Source of the DNA: Candidatus Beckwithbacteria bacterium GW2011_GWC1_49_16
Lineage (GTDB): Bacteria; Patescibacteriota; Microgenomatia; UBA1400; CG1-02-47-37
DNA: 64,000 nucleotides
Direction of reading: 5' to 3'
Assembly (NCBI GenBank): GCA_001029675.1
Contig: CP011210.1
Location: 777,280 to 841,279, forward strand
Part shown: one piece after another, positions 28,025-37,934 of the stretch
Layout: each line of letters opens with the position of its first letter
Numbering within the stretch: the stretch's first letter is position 1
The notes under the pieces: model-generated
The model's database searches: none
The model's input: only the letters and a program-made list of their open reading frames with translations
What the model was told of the DNA's origin: nothing
Translations under genes and position numbers: made by a program

Positions 28025-31000
28025 GGGGTCCACGTTGGAGACTAACCGAAGAAATCATCTCGTGGCGATGAATTTGCTCCTATCTTATCTATAAATTCCC
28101 TTATTAGGTTAATTCTTGTGCTCTTTCTACCGCGCTGCTTATTGAGATAAAACAGGTTACGAATTTGCACAAACCACTCCCAAGGAACTTCTAGTTTATT
28201 CGATACAAAAACGTTCAACAGCCTCTGAATATAGCTGGCGTCTGATTTTCTGCCTGACCAAGCCTGCTTGATAAATTCTTTCCCTAATTCTCTCCGAACT
28301 TGCTGGCGAATTTTTTGGATTTTCTCACTGTTTAAGATACTTTGATTATGTTCGCTAACCAAACTAATGAATCCGTCGAGAAACCCAACATAGTCTCCCT
28401 GGCGAAAAGTGTTAAAAACCTCAACTTCCTGTTTAGAAAACGAAAAGTCCGTAGGTAAATCGATTGCCCCCAAGGTTCCATCTTGGCTAATAATAAAGTT
28501 GCCGGGGTGAGGATCTTGAGGGAAGATATACTGCCCAACATCCACACCTACAGGCGTTTCAAAAAAAGAATCTACAAATCCTAAAACTATATGCAACGCC
28601 TTAAGGGTTGTTTTAATATCCTCGGATAAGTTATCCTGATTTTCTAGCCACTGATTAAAATTTTTAGAATCGAATGGTACTTTGTTTTTGGCTAAATAAG
28701 AAGATACTTGACGATTTTGCAGATACCGATTAAGCGTCGAACCGGCTAAATATTCTTCTACTCTAATATGATTGTCTGGGGTGGCAAATAGCGGCTTGGC
28801 GGTGATAATTGGCTTGTCGATTTTTTCAGATATAGCTTTAATCGCCTGGCGCAAGATAGCGCCCCATTGGGGTTTGTTATCTTTCAGATCTGCCTTGCTC
28901 CAATGTCGCGCCACTCCCAACACAATTTGGGCCAGCTGGGCGTGTTTTTTGGTCTGCTCGTTTCCGTGTTTCTCGGCGTACCGGAGGGCCGCTATGGTGC
29001 TATCGTAGGAAATATCAACAAAGGCAGCAGCGTTTGCCGTATACATTTTTAAGGCAGCGGTTTTGACTCCTAGCTTCTTGATTCCTTTGGGGGTTAAAGA
29101 GACTTTGTAGGCCGAAGCAAGGCTACCTCCTCCTAAAAATTCGTCTATTGTATCTAACATTTCTCCGACAAATAGGCTTAGAGAAGTTTCCGCATCACCA
29201 GATTTATCATCCTCTACCTCCTTATGGAGATTGAGCCAAAGCTTAAATTCATCGGTGGGCTGCATCCGATCAAAGGCGTTGCTTAACCTTTTGGCTAGCT
29301 TTGGCTCGAAATCGTATACCAGCTGGGCTATTTGCAGAGAGCGCACGAATAAACTACCCATTGATTCGATACCTTGAATAAAAGACTCTGTCCGGGGGGA
29401 AAGGCCGGATTGCTCGGCCGCCTCAACCTCCTGATATTTTTGAGTCAAGTTAAAATTACTGGTATATGCTTCAAGCCATTGATGCAGGCGCCTCAAGTGA
29501 CTAGTGGATGCTTGATATAATTTTGATAGAGCCTCCAGGCCAGTTTTTCCTCTTAAAATACTGCCTATTTCTACTATGTTATCCCTTGATTCGCTGAATA
29601 AATTTGGTAAATAGCTGTATTCTGGCTTTCCTGAAAAAGCGCTGCCCCTTTTGTAAAATTCTTTCTTAATTCTGGTGTAGTTAATTGCCTGCAAATCCAG
29701 CCCGGAAAAAAGCAACGGTCCTAAAAGTTGGGATAAACCTAACCCTACCAATGAAGGTTTACCCTCGATAATTAATCCTTTGGCAACTTGCTTGACGAAG
29801 TCGTCTTCAATATTGAATGACTTGACTACGAGATCGGCCAACCACTGTCTCTTCTCGGTAGTAGCAAGCAAACCATCTGAATCAAGAAGCAAGCGCATCA
29901 TCAGACCCTTTTTAGCGCCCTCTGATAATCCTTGGAGTCCTTGAATTACATCTTTGACTGTGCGGAAACGATCACGTTCTCTAAAAGGATCGATAATTAC
30001 TTTTCTGAGCTGTCGGTCAAACTGGATTCCGCTGCTTGGCTTGGTGTCGTCGGTTTTAATCTTGGCTATAAAAGTACCCAACCAGGTTTTAGCCAAATCG
30101 GTGGTATATTTGAGCTTTGATAGCGGATCGTCTGCGATAGTACCCACCACCCACTGCTTATCCTTAAAGAGCGATACCACTAGGTCTCCGATGGCCAAAG
30201 CATCTAACTTCCAGGAATTTTCGTCTCCGCGGAGCACGGCCATTCGCTCCAAGCCGATTTGATCAAAAAAGTACTTGGCGTCGTCATAATGCTTCACCTG
30301 TTTCATCAGCACTAAAAGATCGCTATAGGAAAATTTATGGTAATTATCTAGAAAATAATCCATTCGGCTTCTTATTTTTTCTGGGTTTGACTCGGCGGAG
30401 ATAATATAGGCCAGACGCAGGTCATGAATTTTTCGACTTAGATCAGGGCTGGCGTCCGTCATGTCAATCCCACCACCAATACCACTGACGATATTCTCAA
30501 ATGCTTGAATTGCCGCTGGTAGGACTTCGGAGTCAATATCCTGATGCAAAAAGTCAATAAACTTTCCTTCAAAGAAGGGGTAGAAAATAAGTCCGGCAAG
30601 ATTTGATGAAAATATTTTTTTGGAACGATAGTGAGAGTGCATGCCGAGGTAATGAGCGTGATCGATGCGTTCGTTGTAGTCAGCCAAAGCTTGGTCTAAG
30701 GCGACAAAGGATTCAATTTGATAGGTGTGCTCCAGTTTCTTCTGAAAAGAAAGGTGAAGTGGGGAAGTAGCCAGTTTTTCTCCCATATATAAAGTTTGAT
30801 CACCAAACCAATAAGAAAAGTTAAGTACATGCCAGATTTGATCGTTAAGTGAAAGTCGGTCAAAGTCACTGCCGTAATGCTTTTCCATATAGTGTAACGA
30901 ATCGACCATTACCTGCCTTTTCTCTTCATATGCTTTAAAGGACGGATATGTATCTACTTCTAAATTTGCAATAAATGCTTCAAGGCGCATTTTCAATGAA

Positions 31001-33012
31001 CTGGGAAGCACTTTGCCCTTTTCATCAAGACTAAATAAAGTGGACGTCTCACGCTCTGTTTCAATTTGAGGGTCAAAATCAAGTCCGGTAAAATCGGCTG
31101 ATCTTACTTGCTCTCGAAGATAAGTAATGATGGGCGCATAGTGTTTTCTAATCTCAGTTGCAAGCGGGTGAGATTCTGCTAACTGAATGTTGCTATACAG
31201 CAATCTTCTTAAATTACTGAATTTTCTATATAAAACGTGTACTTCTTTCTCAGAGAAAATACTGTTGAGTATTCTAGATACCTGTTCTAAGCTAAAAAAA
31301 GCTGGCTCGGACTCAAGCTGCTCTTTATAGAGATTAACTCCGAATACTTCTAGAAAAATAGGCTCCAGCTGGTCTTTGGTTAGTTGGGTGACTCGGTCAG
31401 AATCAATGTCGCCTTTTTTGTTTCTAAAGATTTGATGAGTGCCAAGGGCGTTTTCGAGAAGCAACCATGTATCAGATGCGGGGCTATACCCTGTTTTGGC
31501 GATTTTTTGAAGTAGTTGTCTTAACTCCTTTTGGTCAACTCGTTGTGTTTTTGGATCAAATAATCTAGCCGCAATATATGTAGAAATAATGGGGTCTACA
31601 TGCCACCAGTATTTGCCGAATTGCTCGTCTTTATCCTGTCTTGCGAATTCAACATACGCCTCAATAATCTCGAGAAAAGTGTTTTCTTTTATAGCTACAC
31701 CCTGGTTAATCAAGAAAGTTATCTGGCCCTCGCAGGCAGCGTCAATGTCAGTCTGTCGGGCATACAAACCATCCCAGTCGCCTGGCCAATTGTCTCGGGC
31801 ATAGACTCCGAAAATTCTATAGTTCATTCCTCTCCATTGTTTTGGATCAATTGTGTGTCCGTGTTTAAGAATCTTGAGGTAGTCTTGGTAAGTATGGTTG
31901 GAAAAGGCATGCTGGCGCCATCTCTCATTCCCCCACCACATCGTCAAAAGAAGGCTGTCTTGGTCGAGAGGTAATAAGTCTACGTCTGTAGTACGTTTTC
32001 GAAGAAATTCAGTAAGCGCTTGTTGAAAAGCCTCACTATCTTTAAGATCCCCCCTGCTAAAACACCCGTTATCCAGTAGTTGGCATAAATCTTGAGAATG
32101 GAGCTTATCTAGTAATTCAGCCGCGTTTCCTTCAACCAGTCCCTCGGGCCACATTTCGGCAATTTCGCGGTTTGTTGGCTTAATTTCTTGTTTATAGAAA
32201 CTAATGGTTTCGCCGTCGGGTAAAGCTACCTTGTCCAAGGGAATAATGTCGGCGCTACTGAATTTCCGATTGATAAATTGGTGCTCGATGAGAGGAAGGC
32301 TGGCTCGCATCAGGGGTGATTGATGGCCTAAGTCGGTTCTTTGGTTTAAGCTTTCTTTAGCTTGGCGTTCAAAAAAATCATGGGCGACTAAAGTATTTAT
32401 TCCGACTTTATCAAGCAACCGGGAAACCTCGGCATCCGCCCCAAGCTCATGGACCCACTCTGTCGAGATGCTTTCTCGAGAAACATAGGTACCATTGATT
32501 AAATGGGCAACTTCGTGGGCAATAATACCCAAAGCGGCACTAAAAGAACCGGAGCGGTTTATCAAGGATTGAGAAAGAACTATGGTTCCGTCAGGAAGAA
32601 TAAATCCTTTTTCGGTTAACCCCCGGTTAAGAATAACTACCTGAACGTCGCCTTTGTAAACCTCACCTTGCAACATTTTCTTGGCATATTGACCTAATAT
32701 CCTGGTTCTTTCAGAACCGCTTTCTGTTTCATGGGTAACAGCTAAATATTTTTGGGTTTGATTAGTGAAATCGTTGTTTGCTTTAATTTCTTGTTCTGTT
32801 AACGTTCTGTCCGGGTAAGCGTCTGAAAGTATAAATAATGGTTTTAAAGTTATATCGGCTTCCCCCCGAAATTCCCCAGGCATGTCTGACACGGAATAAA
32901 GTGGTTCTGGCTTAGCCTCAACCTTGCGACCACCAAATAAATCTCCAAGATCCAATCCTGCCGTCTTTAGAGTAGCTACTTCCCCCATGCTTACATATTA
33001 CTAGAAGAAAAC
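28025..33012. mobile_element. Putative single-gene integrated island with no integrase
   Basis: Bounded by 30-bp direct repeats, AT-richer than flanks, filled by one ORF. Confidence 0.65.
28042..32988 (-). CDS. 1648-aa protein with N-terminal M48-like metallopeptidase and C-terminal ABC1/UbiB-like atypical kinase
   Basis: FILPDGTIVLS..IIAHEVAH..ELGAD..HQSPLMR; MGSLFVRSLQ, LGGGSLASAY, ALKM, DPHPGN, AID. Confidence 0.78.
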   Translation of the reverse strand: MGEVATLKTAGLDLGDLFGGRKVEAKPEPLYSVSDMPGEFRGEADITLKPLFILSDAYPDRTLTEQEIKANNDFTNQTQKYLAVTHETESGSERTRILGQYAKKMLQGEVYKGDVQVVILNRGLTEKGFILPDGTIVLSQSLINRSGSFSAALGIIAHEVAHLINGTYVSRESISTEWVHELGADAEVSRLLDKVGINTLVAHDFFERQAKESLNQRTDLGHQSPLMRASLPLIEHQFINRKFSSADIIPLDKVALPDGETISFYKQEIKPTNREIAEMWPEGLVEGNAAELLDKLHSQDLCQLLDNGCFSRGDLKDSEAFQQALTEFLRKRTTDVDLLPLDQDSLLLTMWWGNERWRQHAFSNHTYQDYLKILKHGHTIDPKQWRGMNYRIFGVYARDNWPGDWDGLYARQTDIDAACEGQITFLINQGVAIKENTFLEIIEAYVEFARQDKDEQFGKYWWHVDPIISTYIAARLFDPKTQRVDQKELRQLLQKIAKTGYSPASDTWLLLENALGTHQIFRNKKGDIDSDRVTQLTKDQLEPIFLEVFGVNLYKEQLESEPAFFSLEQVSRILNSIFSEKEVHVLYRKFSNLRRLLYSNIQLAESHPLATEIRKHYAPIITYLREQVRSADFTGLDFDPQIETERETSTLFSLDEKGKVLPSSLKMRLEAFIANLEVDTYPSFKAYEEKRQVMVDSLHYMEKHYGSDFDRLSLNDQIWHVLNFSYWFGDQTLYMGEKLATSPLHLSFQKKLEHTYQIESFVALDQALADYNERIDHAHYLGMHSHYRSKKIFSSNLAGLIFYPFFEGKFIDFLHQDIDSEVLPAAIQAFENIVSGIGGGIDMTDASPDLSRKIHDLRLAYIISAESNPEKIRSRMDYFLDNYHKFSYSDLLVLMKQVKHYDDAKYFFDQIGLERMAVLRGDENSWKLDALAIGDLVVSLFKDKQWVVGTIADDPLSKLKYTTDLAKTWLGTFIAKIKTDDTKPSSGIQFDRQLRKVIIDPFRERDRFRTVKDVIQGLQGLSEGAKKGLMMRLLLDSDGLLATTEKRQWLADLVVKSFNIEDDFVKQVAKGLIIEGKPSLVGLGLSQLLGPLLFSGLDLQAINYTRIKKEFYKRGSAFSGKPEYSYLPNLFSESRDNIVEIGSILRGKTGLEALSKLYQASTSHLRRLHQWLEAYTSNFNLTQKYQEVEAAEQSGLSPRTESFIQGIESMGSLFVRSLQIAQLVYDFEPKLAKRLSNAFDRMQPTDEFKLWLNLHKEVEDDKSGDAETSLSLFVGEMLDTIDEFLGGGSLASAYKVSLTPKGIKKLGVKTAALKMYTANAAAFVDISYDSTIAALRYAEKHGNEQTKKHAQLAQIVLGVARHWSKADLKDNKPQWGAILRQAIKAISEKIDKPIITAKPLFATPDNHIRVEEYLAGSTLNRYLQNRQVSSYLAKNKVPFDSKNFNQWLENQDNLSEDIKTTLKALHIVLGFVDSFFETPVGVDVGQYIFPQDPHPGNFIISQDGTLGAIDLPTDFSFSKQEVEVFNTFRQGDYVGFLDGFISLVSEHNQSILNSEKIQKIRQQVRRELGKEFIKQAWSGRKSDASYIQRLLNVFVSNKLEVPWEWFVQIRNLFYLNKQRGRKSTRINLIREFIDKIGANSSPRDDFFG

Positions 33013-33042
33013 CTAAAACCCTAGTTTTTCTTTGACGAAGAT
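33013..33042. repeat. 30-bp direct repeat, copy B (functional 3' end of the LUD gene)
   Basis: CTAAAACCCTAGTTTTTCTTTGACGAAGAT, encodes IFVKEKLGF* on the minus strand. Confidence 0.9.
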
Positions 33043-33636
33043 TAAAGTGAGGCGGCCGGGCGTGGTTTCCTGATTGAAAATCAACAGCTTGCTGACGTTT
33101 GATTTTTCCATGCCGTAGGCTTTTTGGACCCTTTTTGATTCCAGGGGCAAAATATAGTCGTAAATCCTTTTGACGCCTTGCTCTTGGTCGGCTACCAGTT
33201 TTTGGGTGCCCACCACCCAAATGACGTAGGTTGAGGAATAAGCATAGGCGCCGAGCTGGCTGCCGGTGTTGGAGGCGACCAAGACCTTGCCGTCAGCGGT
33301 GACGGCGTGGACGCTGCCGACGGCGTACTCGGGAGCCGCACCGAGTTTTTGCATTTCGAGTCCCTGGGTAACTCGATCCATCTGATTTAATTTGTTTCTG
33401 ACCGAGTTGAACTTGCCCGGCTCGTTTAAAGCCTTATCCAGCCCCAAAGTTTCCAAGGTAGTCGAGGACATGTTCATCACCTCTGCCCCGGCAGGCACCA
33501 ACTCTAAAACCTTGGCCTTAGCGGCCTCTGCGTTGTCCACCACCAAGGCATTGATACCGTTTTGCTTGAGGGCGGCAATGGTTTTTTGAATGGTGGTCTC
33601 GTCGGCGAGTTGATCCCAAGTGGGCATACTACCCAC
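33013..33636 (-). CDS. LUD-domain (LutC-like) protein
   Basis: SSTTL, GSVHAVTADG, ASNTGSQL, VVGTQKLV; start may be the ATG at 33627. Confidence 0.8.
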   Translation of the reverse strand: MGSMPTWDQLADETTIQKTIAALKQNGINALVVDNAEAAKAKVLELVPAGAEVMNMSSTTLETLGLDKALNEPGKFNSVRNKLNQMDRVTQGLEMQKLGAAPEYAVGSVHAVTADGKVLVASNTGSQLGAYAYSSTYVIWVVGTQKLVADQEQGVKRIYDYILPLESKRVQKAYGMEKSNVSKLLIFNQETTPGRLTLIFVKEKLGF

Positions 33637-33648
33637 CAGTATACCAAA

Positions 33649-34503
33649 TCAAAGCGACCCGACGCAAGCGTTGAAGGCGTTAACCTGGTTGTTGTAATCC
33701 TCTACTTGACCCTTGGTTTCAACGATTAGTTGGTTATAAACCTCAACTAGGCCGTTATACTCATCGACTTTTTGCTCGTATTCGGGGCCGCGCTTGGGCT
33801 GGTAAGCTTCCAGTTCCTGCTTTCTTTGAGCCAGTTCTTGACTCAACTGATCAAGGCGCACCTTGTTGTCTTCGATGGTGGCGGCGAGTCCCCCGTCCGG
33901 CCCGGGGCAGGCCGAGAGCGGCACGCCGAAGTGCTGGACGGCCAGCCAAGTAGTTCTGCCTTCAAAAGTGCCGCGAATGACGCCGACGCCGATCTCGCGG
34001 TAACTTCCTTTAAGAATGTTTTCCCTGTGGCCGGGGCTGTCCATCCAGGCCTCGACCAGAGTTTCGTCGTCTAAGAAATTTCCCAGAGCTAAATTTTCGC
34101 CGATCTCGATAAAGCGGTAACCCTGATCGGCGGCTAAATCGGCGACGTCAACGCCTTCGGGTGAATCGTGGGCAAAATATTGACCCTTAAGCATATCGGC
34201 CGCCTTGGCGGCGGCGGAGCGGTTGAGTAAACCGCTCTCGGCCAAAGGTGGCAAGTTGTGGATGGTTCTTTGCCGGTTGGTAAAAGCAATGACGCCCTCG
34301 ACGGTGAGGTGGGCCTGGGGCGAGTCTTGCTCCGAGCGAAGCGGCGGGGGCAGGTTGACTTTCTTTTCAATCGCCTGCTCGAGCCGAGGGAGACTAGCAA
34401 AAAACTGGCGGTAGAGATCTGTGAGGGTGTCCTGGAAAAACCACAGCCCCAAACCGAAGGCAAACAATAAAAGTAGTGGTTTAAAAAACCGATTAGAATT
34501 CAA
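33649..34503 (-). CDS. CAP/SCP-domain protein with C-terminal coiled coil
   Basis: TNRQR, YFAHDSP, GENLA, WMDSPGHRENIL. Confidence 0.9.
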   Translation of the reverse strand: MNSNRFFKPLLLLFAFGLGLWFFQDTLTDLYRQFFASLPRLEQAIEKKVNLPPPLRSEQDSPQAHLTVEGVIAFTNRQRTIHNLPPLAESGLLNRSAAAKAADMLKGQYFAHDSPEGVDVADLAADQGYRFIEIGENLALGNFLDDETLVEAWMDSPGHRENILKGSYREIGVGVIRGTFEGRTTWLAVQHFGVPLSACPGPDGGLAATIEDNKVRLDQLSQELAQRKQELEAYQPKRGPEYEQKVDEYNGLVEVYNQLIVETKGQVEDYNNQVNAFNACVGSL

Positions 34504-34957
34504 GGTCGCCGCAGGCGGTGTAGACGCTGGCTTCGGTAGCGGATTTGTGGACGTTTATAGCCAGTGGCATCTCTGCTTCCAGCTGGGCCAAAGTGACTTC
34601 GAGGGTGGTTGCGGACGCGCCGTCAACCACGTTGGTTAAAGGATAAGAAACGGCCCCGACCTCGGGGCAAGAGCCGACGTGAATGTGGGCGGGCTGGGAG
34701 ACGCCGACGCTAAAACCCGTCAAGGCTAAGGTAACGGTGACTGTACCGTCTGTTTCAACCAGGGTGGCGGTGCCCGACTCGCCGGAGTCGTTTAGTTCGG
34801 CTAAAGTGAGGCTGATTTGATTTTCTGCCATCATGGCTTCGTCTTCGGTGACGGTATCGGCTGTATCTGTAGGAGCGTAGGCTGGTTGGCGGCTGGAGAA
34901 GTACCACAGGCCGCCGACTAGAAGAATGACGAGGCCGATAAGAAGGTTTTTATTCAT
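34493..34957 (-). CDS. Membrane-anchored CHRD/Cu-Zn-SOD-like domain protein
   Basis: SGESGTATL, QPAHIH.GSC, AINVH, ACGD. Confidence 0.65.
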   Translation of the reverse strand: MNKNLLIGLVILLVGGLWYFSSRQPAYAPTDTADTVTEDEAMMAENQISLTLAELNDSGESGTATLVETDGTVTVTLALTGFSVGVSQPAHIHVGSCPEVGAVSYPLTNVVDGASATTLEVTLAQLEAEMPLAINVHKSATEASVYTACGDLEF

Positions 34958-35021
34958 GGTTAATTGTAGGCAGAAAAAAGTTTCCGTGTCAAGGTTTATT
35001 TTGCGGGTATAATATAGTTTA

Positions 35022-35459
35022 ATGATTTACCTTGGGGCGGACAAACAAGGATTTGAGGCGATAAAAATAGCCATGGAGTGGTTGGATAACCGAGGCTTTA
35101 AATATGAAAATTTGGGAGTAAAAAGCAAAGACCAAGACATGAAACTTGAAAATTTGCTGCCGCCGATAGCGGAGAAAGTCAGGGCAGACACAAAAAACTT
35201 AGGCATTGTTTCCTGCGGCACGGGCGTGGGGGTCGAGGTGGGGATAAATAAATTCAGCGGCATCAGAGCTTGTCTGGCCGACGACCCGGAAGTGACCGAG
35301 TGGTCGAAGATTTACGACAACTGCAACGTTTTGTGTCTTATCGGCTGGCGGCCGGACAGAGGAAAAATTGAAAAGATTTTGGTGAGTTGGTTTGCCGCCG
35401 GTTATGATGGCGATTCCGACCGATTAAAAATGATGCAGGAGTTTGATAAGTGGAGATGA
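35022..35459 (+). CDS. rpiB: RpiB/LacA/LacB-family sugar-phosphate isomerase
   Basis: IYLGAD..GF, GIVSCGTGVG, NKFSGIRA, NVLCL. Confidence 0.8.
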   Translation: MIYLGADKQGFEAIKIAMEWLDNRGFKYENLGVKSKDQDMKLENLLPPIAEKVRADTKNLGIVSCGTGVGVEVGINKFSGIRACLADDPEVTEWSKIYDNCNVLCLIGWRPDRGKIEKILVSWFAAGYDGDSDRLKMMQEFDKWR

Positions 35460-35463
35460 GCAT

Positions 35464-36168
35464 ATGTACGAAGAAAAAACAAACCAAAATCTTCAAAATA
35501 TTGGCCATAAAATAGGTCACTTACCCGAGGTTCAAACCCCTCTTAGAGTAGCTCAAGAAACGCCTTGGAAGGAACTTGCCAGTACTTTTGTGTCTTACTT
35601 AAAGGTGATCAAACGACTGGCTACCCTATCCGAAAAAGACATCGATGTTATTAGAAAGGTTAATCGTCAGCTAAGTGGCCACGGCGGTGCGGAATCTTTT
35701 GCCGAAAGCCTCGGCAAAGAAAATATAGGTACTTTGGTCGCACTTGCCGCCCAAACAGTTGATCCAAATTCAGATCATTATCAAGATGCGCTAAACGAAC
35801 TAACGATAATGATGGAAAACGCGCAGGCTATAAAAAAATCAGGTAAAACTCCTGTAGATGGGGATCCTTTATCTGATGCGGCAATCTGGGGCTATACTCA
35901 AGTAACTGACCCAGCAGCTCAACGACATAACATTATCTGCCACTGGCTCGAACGGCATATTTCCCATGATTTGAGGCCAAAGGGGGTAAAAATCGCTCAA
36001 AAGAAAGATTGGTTATTAACAGCCATGGCTGATGTTGTAGCTTTAGATGGGACAAGAAAAACCTTAGCAAACCCAGAAATTTTTGAGATTTGGACAACAG
36101 CTAAGCCAAAAGGGCTTGGCTGGATTGGCCAGGAAAAAGTGACTGCGTATCGCGAGGCGCTGAAATGA
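35464..36168 (+). CDS. Hypothetical protein
   Basis: Long ORF coupled by ATGA to the next gene; no recognised motif. Confidence 0.65.
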   Translation: MYEEKTNQNLQNIGHKIGHLPEVQTPLRVAQETPWKELASTFVSYLKVIKRLATLSEKDIDVIRKVNRQLSGHGGAESFAESLGKENIGTLVALAAQTVDPNSDHYQDALNELTIMMENAQAIKKSGKTPVDGDPLSDAAIWGYTQVTDPAAQRHNIICHWLERHISHDLRPKGVKIAQKKDWLLTAMADVVALDGTRKTLANPEIFEIWTTAKPKGLGWIGQEKVTAYREALK

Positions 36169-36782
36169 TCCCTAAAAGAATTGCGGCTATTGGGGCGAGT
36201 TACTGCGAGGGCAAGGTTGACCCCGAAGGCGGCGGGTTTGTGGGCAGGCTGCGATCCTGGCATGAGAGCTTTATCCAGGATAATCATGTATTTAACCTAG
36301 GAATCAGCGGCGATACAACCAGCGACATGCTTAAGAGACTAGAAAAAGAAATGAAACCAAGAAAACCGGATTTAATTTTAGTTGTCGGCGGCTTAAACGA
36401 CTTCATCAGGCGAGAAAGCAAAATTGCTAAGCCTGATAACACCGTCGAAGGTTATGAGAAGAATATTAGAGACCTAATCGCTAAAGCCAAAAATTTGGCA
36501 CCAGTGTTGTTTGTTGGCGTTCAACCGGTTGATGAGGCACGGACAGCGCCAGTGAGCTGGGAAAATATTTATTATCTGCTTTCGGACGCTAAAACGGCTA
36601 CCGATATTACTAAAAAAGTGTGCTTAGAAATGAAAGTCCCCTATGTAGATGTTTTTGGTGAGTTTATGAAAATTGACTATAAAAAATATCTGGCTGACGG
36701 CTTACATCCAAATAGTCAAGGCCACCAAAGAATTTTCGAGTTGGTAAAAGATAAACTGATTGGGGTCTATGGGAAAAATTAA
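36165..36782 (+). CDS. SGNH/GDSL hydrolase
   Basis: IGAS, NLGISG, GLND, DGLHPN. Confidence 0.9.
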   Translation: MIPKRIAAIGASYCEGKVDPEGGGFVGRLRSWHESFIQDNHVFNLGISGDTTSDMLKRLEKEMKPRKPDLILVVGGLNDFIRRESKIAKPDNTVEGYEKNIRDLIAKAKNLAPVLFVGVQPVDEARTAPVSWENIYYLLSDAKTATDITKKVCLEMKVPYVDVFGEFMKIDYKKYLADGLHPNSQGHQRIFELVKDKLIGVYGKN

Positions 36783-37917
36783 GTGGTTTATTTTGGGGGT
36801 GATCATTTTGGCGGGGGCGTGGGGGTGGAAAAAGTACGGCTATTTGTGGCAGAGTGCCAAGAATTGGCCGAGGGCAACGCAGGTGACGACCGAGCCGGTG
36901 GAGCTGACGCCGACGGCAGAAAGCGATCAGGAACTGGAACACATCAAGCTGGCCGAGGGGGCAACCATCACCTATTTTGCTAAAGACGTACCCGGGGCGC
37001 GGTCTTTGGCGCGGGGTGGGGGCGGCGTAGTTTATGTCGGCACCAGGGGCGAAGGCGTGGTTTACGCTCTGGAGGACAAAGACAACGACGGCCGGGCGGA
37101 AAGAAGAGTGGTGGTAGCCAACGGCTTAAACACCCCTAACGGCGTGGCTTACCAAGACGGCGATTTGTACGTGGCCGAAATCAGCCGGGTGATTAAATTT
37201 GCCAATATCGACCAAAGGTATGATAAAAAGCCTGACTTTGAGGTGGTTTTCGATGATTTACCAAGTGAAACCCACCACGGCTGGCGCTACATCGGCTTTG
37301 GCCCTGACGGCAAACTTTATGTAGCCATTGGTGCGCCGTGCAACATCTGTGATCCGGGTGACCCGTTTGCCAGCCTTACAAGGATAAGCCCTGAAGGTGG
37401 CGGTTTGGAGACCGTGGCCCGGGGGATCAGAAACTCGGTCGGCTTTGACTGGGACCCTAATACGGGTAAGCTCTGGTTTACCGACAACGGCCGGGATCTA
37501 ATGGGTGATGACCTGCCGCCGGATGAGCTCAACCGGCTGGATAATGTCGGCGAGCACTTCGGCTATCCGTATTGCCACGGCCAAGGGGTGGTTGATCCTC
37601 AATTTGGCCAAGGCGGATGCGATCAATATAAGCCCCCGGTGGTGGAACTGGGGCCGCACGTAGCGGCATTGGGGATGAAATTTGTAAACGGCAAGATTTA
37701 TATCCCCGAGCACGGCTCGTGGAACCGAAGCGTGCCGATCGGCTACCGGATTACTACTGTCGATCCTCAAAGCGGCCTTTACCAGGTCTTTGCCGAGGGT
37801 TGGCTTGAGGCTGACGGGACGGCGACGGGACGGCCGGTGGATATTTTGGTGATGGATGATAGGTCGATTTTGGTGAGCGATGATAAGGCTGGGGCGGTGT
37901 ACCGGATCAGTTTTTAG
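36769..37917 (+). CDS. PQQ-dependent glucose/sorbosone dehydrogenase-like beta-propeller
   Basis: GAPCNIC, GIRNSVG, DNGRD, HGSWNRS, GRPVD. Confidence 0.88.
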   Translation: MGKIKWFILGVIILAGAWGWKKYGYLWQSAKNWPRATQVTTEPVELTPTAESDQELEHIKLAEGATITYFAKDVPGARSLARGGGGVVYVGTRGEGVVYALEDKDNDGRAERRVVVANGLNTPNGVAYQDGDLYVAEISRVIKFANIDQRYDKKPDFEVVFDDLPSETHHGWRYIGFGPDGKLYVAIGAPCNICDPGDPFASLTRISPEGGGLETVARGIRNSVGFDWDPNTGKLWFTDNGRDLMGDDLPPDELNRLDNVGEHFGYPYCHGQGVVDPQFGQGGCDQYKPPVVELGPHVAALGMKFVNGKIYIPEHGSWNRSVPIGYRITTVDPQSGLYQVFAEGWLEADGTATGRPVDILVMDDRSILVSDDKAGAVYRISF

Positions 37918-37934
37918 GTGGTATGATAAGTTAA

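Noticed and set aside
27663-33012. Island integrated at the tRNA-Gln 3' end
   Set aside because: No duplicate of the tRNA 3' end was seen; the duplicated sequence is the LUD gene end
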